Source of the DNA: Yuukianura sp. NJ FZ-2021 | Lineage: Eukaryota | Length of the DNA: 64,000 nucleotides | Direction: 5' to 3' | NCBI GenBank assembly: GCA_046563655.1 | Contig: CM102289.1 | Span: forward strand, 9,300,001-9,364,000 | Part shown: positions 22,148-33,975 of the stretch, one piece after another | How the letters are laid out: each line of letters opens with the position of its first letter | How positions within the stretch are numbered: position 1 is the stretch's first letter | Translations under genes and position numbers: made by a program | The notes under the pieces: generated by a model | The model's input: the letters and a program-made list of their open reading frames with translations, nothing else | The model's database searches: none | What the model was told of the DNA's origin: nothing

Positions 22148-24775
22148 TTAATCCAACTCCCATGTGTAACTTGACCTGATGGGCGACTCACCGTGGTGAC
22201 CGTGACGCTGATAGTTGCTGTCATTTGGAGACGAACCGCCTTGCGTAATAGCATCCGAGATGAGATTGAACGTTGTCAACTCAGAGCTGAACTTGTCCGG
22301 TCCACTGGTGATGTCAGGGAATCCAAAGTAGTTGGACGTTGCTCCAAAGGAAAAGCGAAGAGGACTGTTGGATCGGTAGCCTGGATCGGGAGGAGGGAAT
22401 TCCGGAGTTGGAGCAAAATTTGGCTGGAGATGCATCGGGAAGTCGTGTTTGGACAGTCTACTCCAAGGTGATTGCGGATTTGACGATACGTCGGTGACCA
22501 CACTGGACCCGCCGTAACATCGGTCAGTTCTCATGTAATATTGATCACTTTTGTCCTCCAGAACACTGGAAATTGCTTGATTTCCGAAGTTGTGGCAGTG
22601 GTAGCTGTCATGACGGCGAGCGTTAAGTTCCTTAGTAAGTGCAATATTTTCCGCTGATACTTTCCTGGCTAGCGCTGCAGCGGTGTGATACGACACCGGA
22701 ATGCGGAAATTTTTTATCCCATTATCGCTTGCAGTATTTCGGCCATTTTGCTTTCCGTTTCCCTCAATATTCGCCCAATTACTTTCCTTGTCGCTTGATT
22801 TCCTCCAACATTTCTTTCGTACTGGAGATGGAGCTGACATTTCTTCAGAAAATTTTTGGTGACCAATCAAATCGCTGGATTTCGTTTTGTCAACATTTAT
22901 GTTATGGTCGTTTTCCTCAGTTGTAGAATCAGGCTCTGAAACATCGACGCTGATTGGCTGACTCTTGTCACGAGGTTTGTCCTGATCACAGCTGATTGGT
23001 TGATTCTTGTCCTGATCACAGCTGATTGGCTGTAGGTCGAGACCGAAGATGTCAAATGTTGGCTCTTGATTGTAGCCGTAAATGGGCCACTTGTTGACAT
23101 TCTCTTGGCTATTTGTGTCAAACTGAACACAGAGTGCAGTATTGTAGTTGTCTTCTAATGTTTTGGCGTGATTTGTAATGGCAACGGAGGATATCTCGTG
23201 AGAATTGGCAACATCGTAGGGTGTGTTGGCGCCAACGAGTGTTTTTTCGGTGTCACATGATTGGTTGACTGTGTCCGTATGTGATTGACTGGCTATATCA
23301 TGTGCCTTTTCCAGAGTTTTGACCTTGTCATGCCTATCAAAATTTTCAGCGTCAGGACGCGGTTTTTTGTTTTCCGAAAGTCTCCGGTCAAACCGGAGTT
23401 TTGTTCTGGTTTTTTCCTGCGGTTTGAATATTTCCGCGCTCCCGGACGTTCGTCTGTCCTCCGTCAGCCGACGTCGATAATGTTCGTCGTAGATGAGAGG
23501 GCGTTTGTGCGGTTTCTTCGGAGTGCTGGTGACATCGAAGATACTGAATTCCTGGATTTTGGGAGAGAAGATGCTGGAACGATGCTGCTCAGTATTGTTG
23601 GACATACTTGGACAATGCTGCTTATGTTCGGAGTAAGTAGACGTCACTGACGAACTACTCTGAACTGCCAGTAGCGGGAGGTGGCCTACTTCGGATACTG
23701 GCAGTACTTGATCAGGAACGTGGATTTCCAGTGGCTTGTTGATTCTGGAATATTGCTCGAGCTGTGATTGGCTGCTGACTTTGAGAGATGACGGGAGTCT
23801 GGAATTCGGTGTGGTTTTGTTCAGTTCCTGGTCCACTTTGGCCAGCGATTGGCTGCAGCGATTAACCAAAATCGCTTTAAGTTTGGGCTGGAATGTTGGC
23901 GCTGGAGTTTTCTGGCGAGGAAACCTTTGAGCCGCGGTGTTTGAAAAATCAAAGGTGACACTTTTCCTCTGATTTTGGTTGCGCCTGGCATTCAAATTTT
24001 TCAACTGCTTCGTATTAATGCGAAATACTTTGACAAAACATGACTTTAGCATAATTTTTGAAGGTCGTCTAGGTTCTAGTGCAATATCAGATGACCTACG
24101 GAACACATTTTTCAAAATGTTGGCTTTGTGTCGGTTGTTTGCTGCTTCATTTTGGAGCTTCGCAATAGTTTCTTTTGTAATTCTGAGCTTGTAGTGTGGT
24201 TTATGCTTACTGCTGCCGTAATTTCCCAATATTGATACTATCATTGACTTTCTCCCGGCAGGATTTTGGTCCAAGCAAGAACTGTCTTCCGATTTCTGAG
24301 TAGTCGATTGCTGATGATTTTCAGATTTCTGAGTAATCGATGGTTTATATTCAGACTTCTGAGTAATCCATTGCTGGTTATCGGATTTCTGAGTATGCGA
24401 TTGATGTGCAGATTTCTGAGTAATCGGTTGCTGATTTTTCGATTTCTGAGTAATCGATTGCTGTTCCACTGGTTCAAGTAGTGGCATCATGCCCCTGGCT
24501 TTGGGTTGAGTCATTTGGTAATCCAGCAAATCGTTGTAAGATTTGATAACTCTTTTGTCTTCTCGACTTAAATCTCCGCTAGGTGTCGTTGCGAAGAGTC
24601 TATCCCGGGTTACCTCTTGTGTAATATGAAGTGAATTGGAAATGACACGAAATGCTGCAACATGTCTCGCTTCCGGTGGACAGATTCCTTGGTAACTCTT
24701 CATCATTTCACGCTCACTCTTGTCTGGAAGTTTGCCCGTCCTAAGAAGTTTCCGAATTTCCAAATACTCGTCCAT
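22148..24775 (-). CDS. Intronless 875-aa orphan protein, largely S/Q/K-rich and probably disordered, with internal repeats
   Basis: An uninterrupted 2.6-kb ORF in AT-rich DNA. It contains repeats xITQKS (about 6 copies) and QPISCDQDK (2-3 copies). No family confidently recognised. Confidence 0.8.
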   Translation of the reverse strand: MDEYLEIRKLLRTGKLPDKSEREMMKSYQGICPPEARHVAAFRVISNSLHITQEVTRDRLFATTPSGDLSREDKRVIKSYNDLLDYQMTQPKARGMMPLLEPVEQQSITQKSKNQQPITQKSAHQSHTQKSDNQQWITQKSEYKPSITQKSENHQQSTTQKSEDSSCLDQNPAGRKSMIVSILGNYGSSKHKPHYKLRITKETIAKLQNEAANNRHKANILKNVFRRSSDIALEPRRPSKIMLKSCFVKVFRINTKQLKNLNARRNQNQRKSVTFDFSNTAAQRFPRQKTPAPTFQPKLKAILVNRCSQSLAKVDQELNKTTPNSRLPSSLKVSSQSQLEQYSRINKPLEIHVPDQVLPVSEVGHLPLLAVQSSSSVTSTYSEHKQHCPSMSNNTEQHRSSIFSPKIQEFSIFDVTSTPKKPHKRPLIYDEHYRRRLTEDRRTSGSAEIFKPQEKTRTKLRFDRRLSENKKPRPDAENFDRHDKVKTLEKAHDIASQSHTDTVNQSCDTEKTLVGANTPYDVANSHEISSVAITNHAKTLEDNYNTALCVQFDTNSQENVNKWPIYGYNQEPTFDIFGLDLQPISCDQDKNQPISCDQDKPRDKSQPISVDVSEPDSTTEENDHNINVDKTKSSDLIGHQKFSEEMSAPSPVRKKCWRKSSDKESNWANIEGNGKQNGRNTASDNGIKNFRIPVSYHTAAALARKVSAENIALTKELNARRHDSYHCHNFGNQAISSVLEDKSDQYYMRTDRCYGGSSVVTDVSSNPQSPWSRLSKHDFPMHLQPNFAPTPEFPPPDPGYRSNSPLRFSFGATSNYFGFPDITSGPDKFSSELTTFNLISDAITQGGSSPNDSNYQRHGHHGESPIRSSYTWELD
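24288..24465 (-). repeat. Coding minisatellite (about 27-33 bp unit, about 6 copies) encoding QxITQKS
   Basis: GATTTCTGAGTAATCGATTGCTG-type unit repeated on the + strand. Confidence 0.85.
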
Positions 24776-26483
24776 TGTTATTTTGTGTCCAATTTATGCT
24801 ATTATCAAGATCACAAACGTCTGAAATTACAAAAATTACATGAATCAATACCAATTTGGCACAAAATTACTAAAAAGCTGCGTGTTTTGACCTAAAACTA
24901 AAAATAAGTGTGTTTACTCTGTTCTAAAACTGATTTTTTGAGCTATTTTGGTCAAAACGTGTTTTAGCATTTTTTTCCCCCTGATTTTGGTTTTTTGTTA
25001 TCGTTCAATCAAAAACTGAAAAATCTTGACAAACTTTCTCCAGACACACAACCAGAACTTTCTCCCAAGCGTGTTTTTGCACTAACTCGTTTCTTTTTTT
25101 TCACAGTTTTTCGCAATAACTGTCCCGTTCTTTATAAATTTTCAAGGAAGCGAGCACTACGTGTGAATATTGAAATAGTTGGTGAAAGGAGCGTGTCTTT
25201 GTAGAAGCCTGTTGAATTTCTAAAATATTTAGGAGACTATTCTGCTAAAAGCGATGCTTCGGACTTGACATACTTAGGGTCCCAATCACACACCGCCCCG
25301 AGCCCACTCCGTTTGCAAATAAAATGGCTCCACATGGACATAAATTGGCAATTGAAGGTGGAGCTACTGGCTTATGCTGAGCTGTAAGAGCCGCTTCATC
25401 ATTAACTTATGTGGATCACAATCAAAAACTTAGTAAAATTTCATTACTTCCGTGACACTAAAGTAAGTACTTTTTCAACTTGCGAAAGCCCACATATAAA
25501 AATTTACTGAATTTTAGCCTCTATAACTTAAGTAATTCAATTCCTAAACATATTGTGTTTCGGAAAGTTTTTTGTTTCGTGTTTTACCGAACTTTTCTGG
25601 TAGAATTTATTGTATTTGCAATCCATTAAAAAGTGACGCACGACACTTCAAAAAGAAGCTGTAGAGTCGATGCTATTTTAGTTTGATGAAATGTCGGGAT
25701 GAGGATTAAAAATAGAGGCACAACTGGAATATTTCGATACTGCCAATACTTACTACAAAATGTACCACTAACTTTGGCTTAACTTTTACTAAACTGACTA
25801 AAACCAACATATACCTGGCTGGTCTCGGACGTTTGTTTCTTCTAACCCAAAAAATAAAACTAACTACGAGTAAAACATTTTATTTGGTTTTATACAAACA
25901 ACTGTATAAAAGTATTCATAACATGCAAGCAGATTTTCCAAAAATCCAGCACATTTTTCGGAAATCTGCAAATCCGTCTCCTCCTCCCATTAACTCTAGA
26001 ACTATTTTATTATAGGTAGCCTACTATTGTCTTTTAATGTTAATTCTAATTGGGATTATTGTGCTATCCAGAACAATACAATGGCGTTTGAATGGCAAAG
26101 ACAATCAAATTGTAATTTAATAGGGTTCAAAATTAGTTGAAGTCACGTCTAACCTGAGTTGGCAGTAGAAGTTCATCAGCTTCCAAAATCCACAGCCCAC
26201 AACACTGGCTCTTAGAGCGCGTTGATCTCGGTTAAGTTTAATTTAACTAACTTCTTTAAGATCAACACACCTCCTTTGCTTCTTATCGTATCTGGTTAAC
26301 CACAAAACCACAACTTTAGCTAATCCTGACACGCAAAAATGCGACGCTGATTGTGCCAGGATGTCAGTGTTAAAATAACGTAATTATTTGTAATTAGTTG
26401 TTAATTAGTCAACTTAATTAATTAATTATTAGTTAACTTTAGTAATCGTAGAAATTGAGGTAAGACGCGCGTATAAGGCATGA

Positions 26484-26545
26484 AGACAGACAGACAGACA
26501 GACGGACATGAACAAGATTATAAAGTAGTGTTCGCTACTTTAATT
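26484..26545 (-). mobile_element. DINE-1/HINE (Helentron-associated)-like element end
   Basis: Hairpin TAAAGTAG-tgttcg-CTACTTTA next to a (GACA)n/GGAC microsatellite. The related core GCGAA..CTACTTTAT + (GTCT)n recurs at 53009-53150. Confidence 0.55.
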
Positions 26546-26569
26546 AAAGTTCTTTTTATTCCATTTTTA

Positions 26570-28279
26570 TTACCGTAAGTTCTCGGTTTTAAGTCTTCCT
26601 AAAGAGTGATCTATACGTACAGAGTTGAGTGGTTTAGAAATAATGCCAGTGGCCACGGTCGTTTTGTTTTCTCTTATTGTAAACTGCTGACCCATGTTCA
26701 TGACCATCTTTTTAGACAGAATTAGTCTCACAGTAGCATGTTCTCCAGGCATAATTAGGTTATGGTCACCAGTCAAATCTATGCGACAAGCAATGTTCCA
26801 AGTGCGACTAAAAAGTTGTTGGCAGTAATTTGACGTGACTGGTTTAGAACGTCCGCCTTCCGCTTTAGATAAAAAGTAAATCTTGGCCTCGTAGTGATTC
26901 CCAATCACTTCGGATCCAAATTGGCACAACATCATTCCTTTTGTTACATCATGCAACTTGACTCCACGCAGAAGTACTCCGACATTATCCCCTGCTTGTG
27001 CCATGTCCACTGACTTTTTGAAAACTTGAAGGTCACTGACAGAAGCTTTGATTTTGGAATCGAATCCCAGTAACTCACACTCTCCGTTTTTCTTAATCGT
27101 TCCTCTCTTGATTGTTCCTACGACGACAGTTCCACGTCCGGGCACAGTAAATGCAGAGTCGATTGGTAATAGGAAGGGGGACTTGAAGTCTCTCTCGGGA
27201 ATTGGAAAGTATGAGTCCATTGCTTCCAGTAGTTTCATGATGCTGGGCTCTCCGTAGGGGTTAGATTGGTCGCCTTTGAGAGCTAACAGTGCTGAACCAC
27301 AGATGACTGGACAATTGGCACCGTCATACCCGATGTCACCTTAAAATAACAAAATAGAATACATACGTTGGACAATCGTAGGATGATTTGGACATTTACA
27401 TTGAATATGTAATTTGCACAGGCTGCTTACATAAGAGTTCCCGGATTTCCATCTCGACAAGTTCCAGCACATCTTGACTGCAAATGTCTGCTTTGTTGAC
27501 AAACACCACGATGTGTTCCACTCCAACTTGTTTAGCTAGAAAGAAACCATAGTCAAAAGTTTACAATGTGCTGGAGAAGTATTCGCAAGTACTTCTGCAA
27601 GGTTCTGTTGGTTATGACTTACCCAGCAGAAGGTGTTCCACAGTCTGTGGCATTTGTCCATCCGTAGCAGCGACAACGAGGATAGCCCCTAAAAGCATAA
27701 AAGAGCATGATGAGGAAGATACTGTCTGGAAGAATGTTGGGAATACTGATGCTGCCTAGTATCATACCGTCCATTTGAGAAGCTCCAGATATCATGTTCT
27801 TGATAAAGTCCGCATGTCCAGGGCAATCGGTATGAGCATAGTGTTTCTTGGCCGTTTCGTAGCCAACGTGAGCAATGTTAATAGTGATTCCACGAGCTTT
27901 CTCTTCCGGTGCTTTATCAATTTCGTCATAACTGACGAATTTGCATAGTTTCTGTTTTGCCAGTACTTGAGTAATTGCTGCCGTGAGAGTCGTTTTTCCA
28001 TGATCAACGTGACCGATAGTCCCAACGTTGCAGTGAGGTTTCCCAATTCCACCGATAGTTGCAAATTGTTTGTAACAATGTTGAGGACCATGAGCATACC
28101 GGATTGCGATCACCTTTCAAAGAACGAAAAATTAAAGTCATCAGTAATTGTCAATTGGGAAGTTAAAATCAGATTTGTAGCGGTTTCGAAAGAAATACTT
28201 GGAACTTGGTAACATTTACCTTTCGTGGCAGTAGACGTGTTATACTTGTGCCGAGTATTGAGGCCATTGCCAGCACCAT
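26570..28279 (-). CDS. mEFTu2: Mitochondrial elongation factor Tu, EF-Tu2-type, multi-exon
   Basis: Transit-peptide-like N-terminus. [30 protein letters not shown] and VNKAD are present. Domain 2/3 residues [22 protein letters not shown] and QQLFSRTWN resemble arthropod EF-Tu2 rather than EF-Tu1. Confidence 0.88.
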
Positions 28280-28629
28280 GTTTGGTATTGACGAAGTTAC
28301 TCAACTTCCGATTTCAGTAGATGACATTATCTTTATAGTATCAGTTCAAACAGGTTTTTTAGGAAAACTTTTTTTAAAAGGTGTACAACATTTTATTTTT
28401 GAAACAAGCAGATGTGAATGTAAACAACAACATGCCAGCCAATCCCCGCTAAAATTCCATTTCACTTTCCCTCTTACCAAAAAGTGGGGTGGGGTGTTAA
28501 GAAAGTAGCGACTACCAACTTGAAAATTTTTGTGAATAGAATTAATCACTAAAAAGTTAATTATTAATTGTTTGTAAGGTGTCTGTGTTGAATCTTAAGA
28601 GAACTAGAATGAGTAATGTTGTATGGACT

Positions 28630-29750
28630 TCACTTGGACAAGGAAGACCTTCCGTGACCTTGACCCCTACTGCCAATTGGCAGTGTTTGTTCACTTTCCC
28701 AGGAAGAGACGGGTCTATACGTTTCATTGTCGTCGATGCTGTTGACCTCCACGTCACCACTGCGACTGCTCCGTTTTCTGCGTTCTGATGTCTCTCTCTT
28801 TGTGTCCAGAAATGCACTGATTGACCTCATCCTGAGGTCATTTGGATTCTGACTAGTGACTGAGAAAGATTGGCCTGGACAAAGGTCAAGTCTGTCCAGA
28901 ACTGACATCGATAGACAATGAAATCCATAGTACAGGAGAGCAACTAAAACAGAAATTAATCGATTAACTTAAATTCATAAGTAAGAATAATGTTAGGAAG
29001 TGGTGACCTGTGCGCTGACTGGTGTACAAGGCAATGAATCCAGGACTCCAGAGAGTACTAAATTCTCTGTTTTGATTTAAATTGTCAAATCCTGATCCAA
29101 ATGGCAACTGAGCATCAGTGTTGTTTCTCGTTCCAAGAAACGAGTAATTGAATTGGTCACTCTAAAGTTAAAGCAAAAGTTAATTTATGCAATTGATAAT
29201 TGTTTTACCAAATTCAATTTCAAATTTTACCGCTCCCGGCCATGACCTCCGAAGTGACCAAATGTACCAGGTCACCGTGAGAACCAAGTACCCCACTGTG
29301 GTAAGAGCACTCAAGTTATGAACTTGCGTTTTTCCATTTGAAAATTTGTTCTAAATTTTTTGAAAAAAAAAAGTAAGATTAAAACAAGTTTAGTGTTTAG
29401 AATTTTCGTAGAGGATTAGAACGTGGAAATTTTTTACCTGAATCGCGTCGTGGCTGGAGATCATCAAAAACGAAATCAAGTTGCCCAAGATTGCTACCAC
29501 TTGAATTCTAAAAACACAAATTTTGAAATTTTAGTAACTTTAGCTAAAAAGTAAAGTAAATTTTAGTTTTTGATGATTCAAGTTACATGAAAATGATGAA
29601 GCCTATCATTGGGTCACTGGAAGTGCTGTCCACCACCAAGTTACATCCAACGTCAATTACGAGAAAAACGATTTGGCAAATGGCCATTTTGTTTGCAATT
29701 TTCAAAACGTCCGAATTCTCGGTTTTCACTGTTCGGTAAAAGTACGCCAT
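28630..29750 (-). CDS. TMEM138: TMEM138-like ciliary membrane protein with extended C-tail, 5 exons
   Basis: The spliced product ICQIVFLVIDVGCN..DPMIGFIIFIIQVVAILGNL..TVGYLVLTVTWYIWSLRRSW..LWSPGFIALYTSQRTVALLYYGF parallels the TMEM138 motifs (Q..L..D..N, LFIIQD, W..G...QR.AAVLY). Confidence 0.72.
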
Positions 29751-29892
29751 TTTTGCAATCACTGAAATTTTACACTGACATACTGAAAAAAAGAACACAA
29801 AGAAATTCAAAATTTTTAGAATCTTGCTTGTTTGGTTACTCAAAAAAATTATTCTTTTCGAAAAGTCAATACGTTTTTGTTTAGAGTGATGC

Positions 29893-29906
29893 GTTGCTAT
29901 GGAAAC
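29893..29906. promoter_or_regulatory. RFX X-box in the bidirectional TMEM138/CHMP2 promoter
   Basis: GTTGCTATGGAAAC fits the X-box consensus (GTTNCCATGGNAAC-like). It lies about 140 bp from the TMEM138 ATG and about 130 bp from the CHMP2 ATG. Confidence 0.7.
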
Positions 29907-30034
29907 GCCGGGGCGTCTATTTTCTGCGTAAACACAGATTTGGAGTGATTTTTTTTAATTTTTGCTCTGTACGAAAACTCTGGATTTGCGTTTTTTTTTA
30001 CTTGAGTTGACCTTTGACCTGACTAAACGAGCGA

Positions 30035-30956
30035 ATGTATAGAGCGTGGAAGTGGATTTTTGGTCAAAGGCTGACACCAGCAGAGGTGCTGCGACGTAAC
30101 AAGCGAGCACTGGCCAAAGCGATTCGTCAACTGGAGAGAGAGCGACTGGGGATGGAAAGTCAAGAGAAAAAGTTGATTGCAGACATCAAGAAAATGGCCA
30201 AAAATAGTCAAATGGTGAGACAAAGTTTAGCAAAAATCAAAAAATTTCAAAATTTTGATAAATTTTTACTTGCAGGAGGCTGTGACAATCATGGCAAAAG
30301 ATTTGGTCCGGACACGGCGTTACATCAAGAAATTCATGATCATGAAGGCGAATTTGCAGGCTGTGGAAGTCAAGGTCGTGACTTTGGATTCTCAGCAGAA
30401 AATGGCAGAGGCCATGCGCGGAGTGACCGTGGCAATGCGAATGATGAATGCGTAAAAACCAGAATCCAATTTTCAAAAAAGTGAAATTTTGAACATTGTT
30501 TTTCAAAATTTTGAAACAGACAACTTCGACTTCCGCAAGTCCAGTTCATTCTGAGAGAATTTGAGAAACAAACGGCAGTTCTGGACATGAAGGGAGAAAT
30601 TATGGAAGACACAATCAACAGTGCAGTTGAGGGAGAAGATGACGAGGAAGAGAGGTCAGGGGTCAACCTAAATTTCAAAAAACGAAAATTGTCAACTTTT
30701 TTTTTTGAAAAAAAGTACTTTTTTTCCAAATTTTTTTTTTACATTTTGTGTACCTAGTGCCACTATTGTTGCTCAAATCTGTGACGAATTGGGACTGCAA
30801 CTGAAAGATCAGCTTTCGGAACTGCCTGCGACTCAAGGCACAATGAAATCCCAAGATCAACTGCCAGCATCAGCAGCAGCATCGCAAGCTCCGCCCACAG
30901 CGGATGTCGATGACCAAATCATGGCTCGGTTGGAACAGCTTCGGCGCAAGGGGTGA
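30035..30956 (+). CDS. CHMP2A: ESCRT-III subunit CHMP2A/Vps2-like, 4 exons
   Basis: FGQRLTPAEVLRRNKRAL..QEKKLIADIKKMAK..MAKDLVRTRRYIKKF..MAEAMRGVT..MN, with C-terminal MIM1 DDQIMARLEQLRR. Confidence 0.9.
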
Positions 30957-31971
30957 CTAAATCACGGATCAAATTTTTACTTAACTAAATTTTAATAAAT
31001 AAATATTAACTTATTTAATGCATTGTGTAATTACTTGACAGTTCACCTTAGTCTGCATGCTGTTGAAGTTCAAAGGATCTCATCTTCCTGCCGATTTTGT
31101 AGTTTGCAAGCCTGAAATTACTACAAGTAAACAAATTAAAATTTCAGAAGTAATTGAAAACATAATTAAATTGTTGATTTTAATTACTCATTTTAATTAT
31201 AATTAAAAATGTGGACCGTGTTCATCAGCCAAGACAAACACGGCCGCTTGTATACGTGTGTGTATCCGACCTTGTCCAGGAGATTGCTAAGCGTCTCTCC
31301 TTTCATACAACACAAATTCCCGCCAAAATTTTGGCCTTTTTATAGCTACAGCATCATTTCCAAACTGACTTTTTACACTTGACCATAAACTTAATTTTGC
31401 AAAATTTTCAGCAAACTTGTTTCAAAATTGTATAATTTGCGTTGAAATTGGCAAAATCATTATTGGCAAAATCAGCCACAAACGTTTTCACTGCGTAAAA
31501 TGTAACTCAGACGCTCTAAATTATTTAAAATTGAAACATATCATAAGATGGTAAAGTAAAGCAAGAAAATTTCAGCTTGGCAAAAAAAACTTTGGTGACC
31601 TTGATCTTGCCATCAACGTCAGAATTTTTTTCATCTCTAAATCTGATCCAAACTGTTTAGTTTTTAATCAGACTTTTTTTTACTGCCACAAAACACTTGT
31701 GGATCAAGGCACAAAATTCCAGCTACCAAAAATAAGTAAGCACTCGGAGTCTGCTTAAAAAATTAGACAGTTAATCCAAAATAAATGTGTGATCTCTTCT
31801 TCCAGTGTCGTAAAAGCTCACATTGCCCCAACGTCCTTAAAAATATGGAGATGAAGGTTAGGTTAACAACCGAAATTGCTATTTTGATCACTCTGGTATT
31901 CAGAAATGGAAGCCCATTAATTCATCACACGTCAATTGATTGAGCGTTGACAGTTCAATGGTAGTAGTAGT

Positions 31972-33379
31972 TTAGCCTTCACCGGGCTTCGTGTTCTGAG
32001 CTTGTGCACTCAGTCGAGTGCCATCGAAGGCTCGCAAATGAATCTAAACAAAGAAAAAGATCAAAGTAAATGAATTTCAATTGATAATTAATCAATTTAA
32101 GCGGTTTGCTAAACTTCAGCGTACCACAATATGCATGTTGACTTCATCGCTGCGACTGAGGTACGGGAAATTCCCTCCGCTCTTCAGATGAGCCATCTTG
32201 GCATTCGGGTAACTTTTGTACATTGACTCTCTCGCTGGATGGGAAATCGCTGATTCGTCAAAAACATCTATCAAAGTGGTAGCCACATTACGAAGACGAA
32301 AAGTATCCACGGATGAGTTGAGGCAATTGATGGTAAGGCGGGAAGCGATGTCTTGCTGTGACAATGTTTCCAACTAAGGTCAAAAAGTTATAACACTTTC
32401 AAAAGTCTGCAATTAGTTTTAAAAAACCGAAGTAGTTTTTTAAAAAGTTACTCGTTCTCCCATGAAATCAATCGTTCTTAGAATTGCCAGATCTTTCATG
32501 TTAGATTTCAAGTTGCCAACGATCAGCTTCTTCAAAACGATCCCAGGCATCATCCAAAACCTGTAAGCAGGATTTAGGTTGAAACAATCAATCGATCAAC
32601 TTAATTAACTGACGCTCAAGTGAAACATACACTGCCGCTGATTCGTTCAAGTTGAATATCGCAGTATCCATGAATGAGTTGCATAGTATAAGTGAAGCAA
32701 CACGGGAGTAGTGAGATGTGTACTCGGCAAACTTTTGAGCAAGGTAGCCACCTATTGACGTTAAAAACATGGCAATGAACAATGCAAACTAGAAACAACT
32801 CATTTACTAGTTGATTAACGCACTCTTCACTTACCAAGGGAAGCTCCGAATAAGTGGACTTTGTCGATATCCAAGTGGTCCAACAGTCGCTTGAAACCTT
32901 CGCACCAACTTTCCACTGTCCAATACACCGCTGGTTCAACCTGAAATCAAAAACGATTCTTAGCGAACGAAGTTAAGTATAAATCCTTAGCAATTTGAAG
33001 TTTCTACTCACCGAAATTGCACGAATTCCTCGTGTGCTGAGGGCAAGAAGTTGGCGGTAATAGACGTCCGCAGTACCGATGACTGGCGGAAGGAAGACTA
33101 TGGGAGTATGGACGTTCTTCGGTCCGACATCGAAAACCTTCCACATCTACAAATAAACAGCACAGTGAGCATACATAATCAGCGGATTCAGAGGATTAGT
33201 CAGACGTACTTTTTAAGATTATGAAAAGTGTATATTTTCAACTTGAAAATTTCAAGTACTAATTAAGACTATATAATTACCTTTGCTGAGTCGAAGTCTA
33301 CTGCAATTTGTTTCAAAGGCACTGTACTGCGGAAGCTCTGATACTCTTCGGAGAGTGAGAAGTCACTAGCTAGATTCAT
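31972..33379 (-). CDS. SPG21: Maspardin (alpha/beta-hydrolase fold)
   Basis: [81 protein letters not shown]. Confidence 0.95.
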
Positions 33380-33975
33380 GATGACCTCCTGAATGTAGGG
33401 TCACAAATAATTGCTAAAAAGCATAGGACATCAACCTATAAATTAAATTTTCGCAATTCGTTGGGCGTTGCATAAAAATCTACGTTCCGATAAACTAATT
33501 GCGGATAACTTAACAAAAACAGTGACAGAAACCGTTAAAAATGTGTGTAATTAACAAACGCGTTAAAAACCACAACTTAACCAGAACTTAAACAAAAATA
33601 AGATAAGAAGCAGCTGACTCTTCTGACTGATAGTGGTTAACTGTTTCTGTTCTTCTATTTCTATTTACAAAAAGGCGGGATGACGTAGAAAGAGGTGTGA
33701 AAGGAGTAAATTAGGGGATGTTTTTGCAATACATGTGAAGAAGATGTTGAGAATTTCGCAAATTCCAATGACTTTGCAAGTTCAATTTCAAAAATGAAGA
33801 CATTTTCTATTGTTTTTGGAGTAGACAGATTTCTGGATTTTGGAATCCGAAGCACAATTTATTGTTTTTATTTCCACAACGGAATGTTAATGATTAATAA
33901 TCAAGGAAATAAAAACAACACATTCGATTCAACTCCGTTTATCCTTTTGCTTTAGGTTTCTTACCCAAGTGGAAT

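Noticed and set aside
27700..27775. Possible non-canonical donor in mEF-Tu2 after DGMIL
   Set aside because: A standard GTATGA donor after MDG splices in frame to [11 protein letters not shown].
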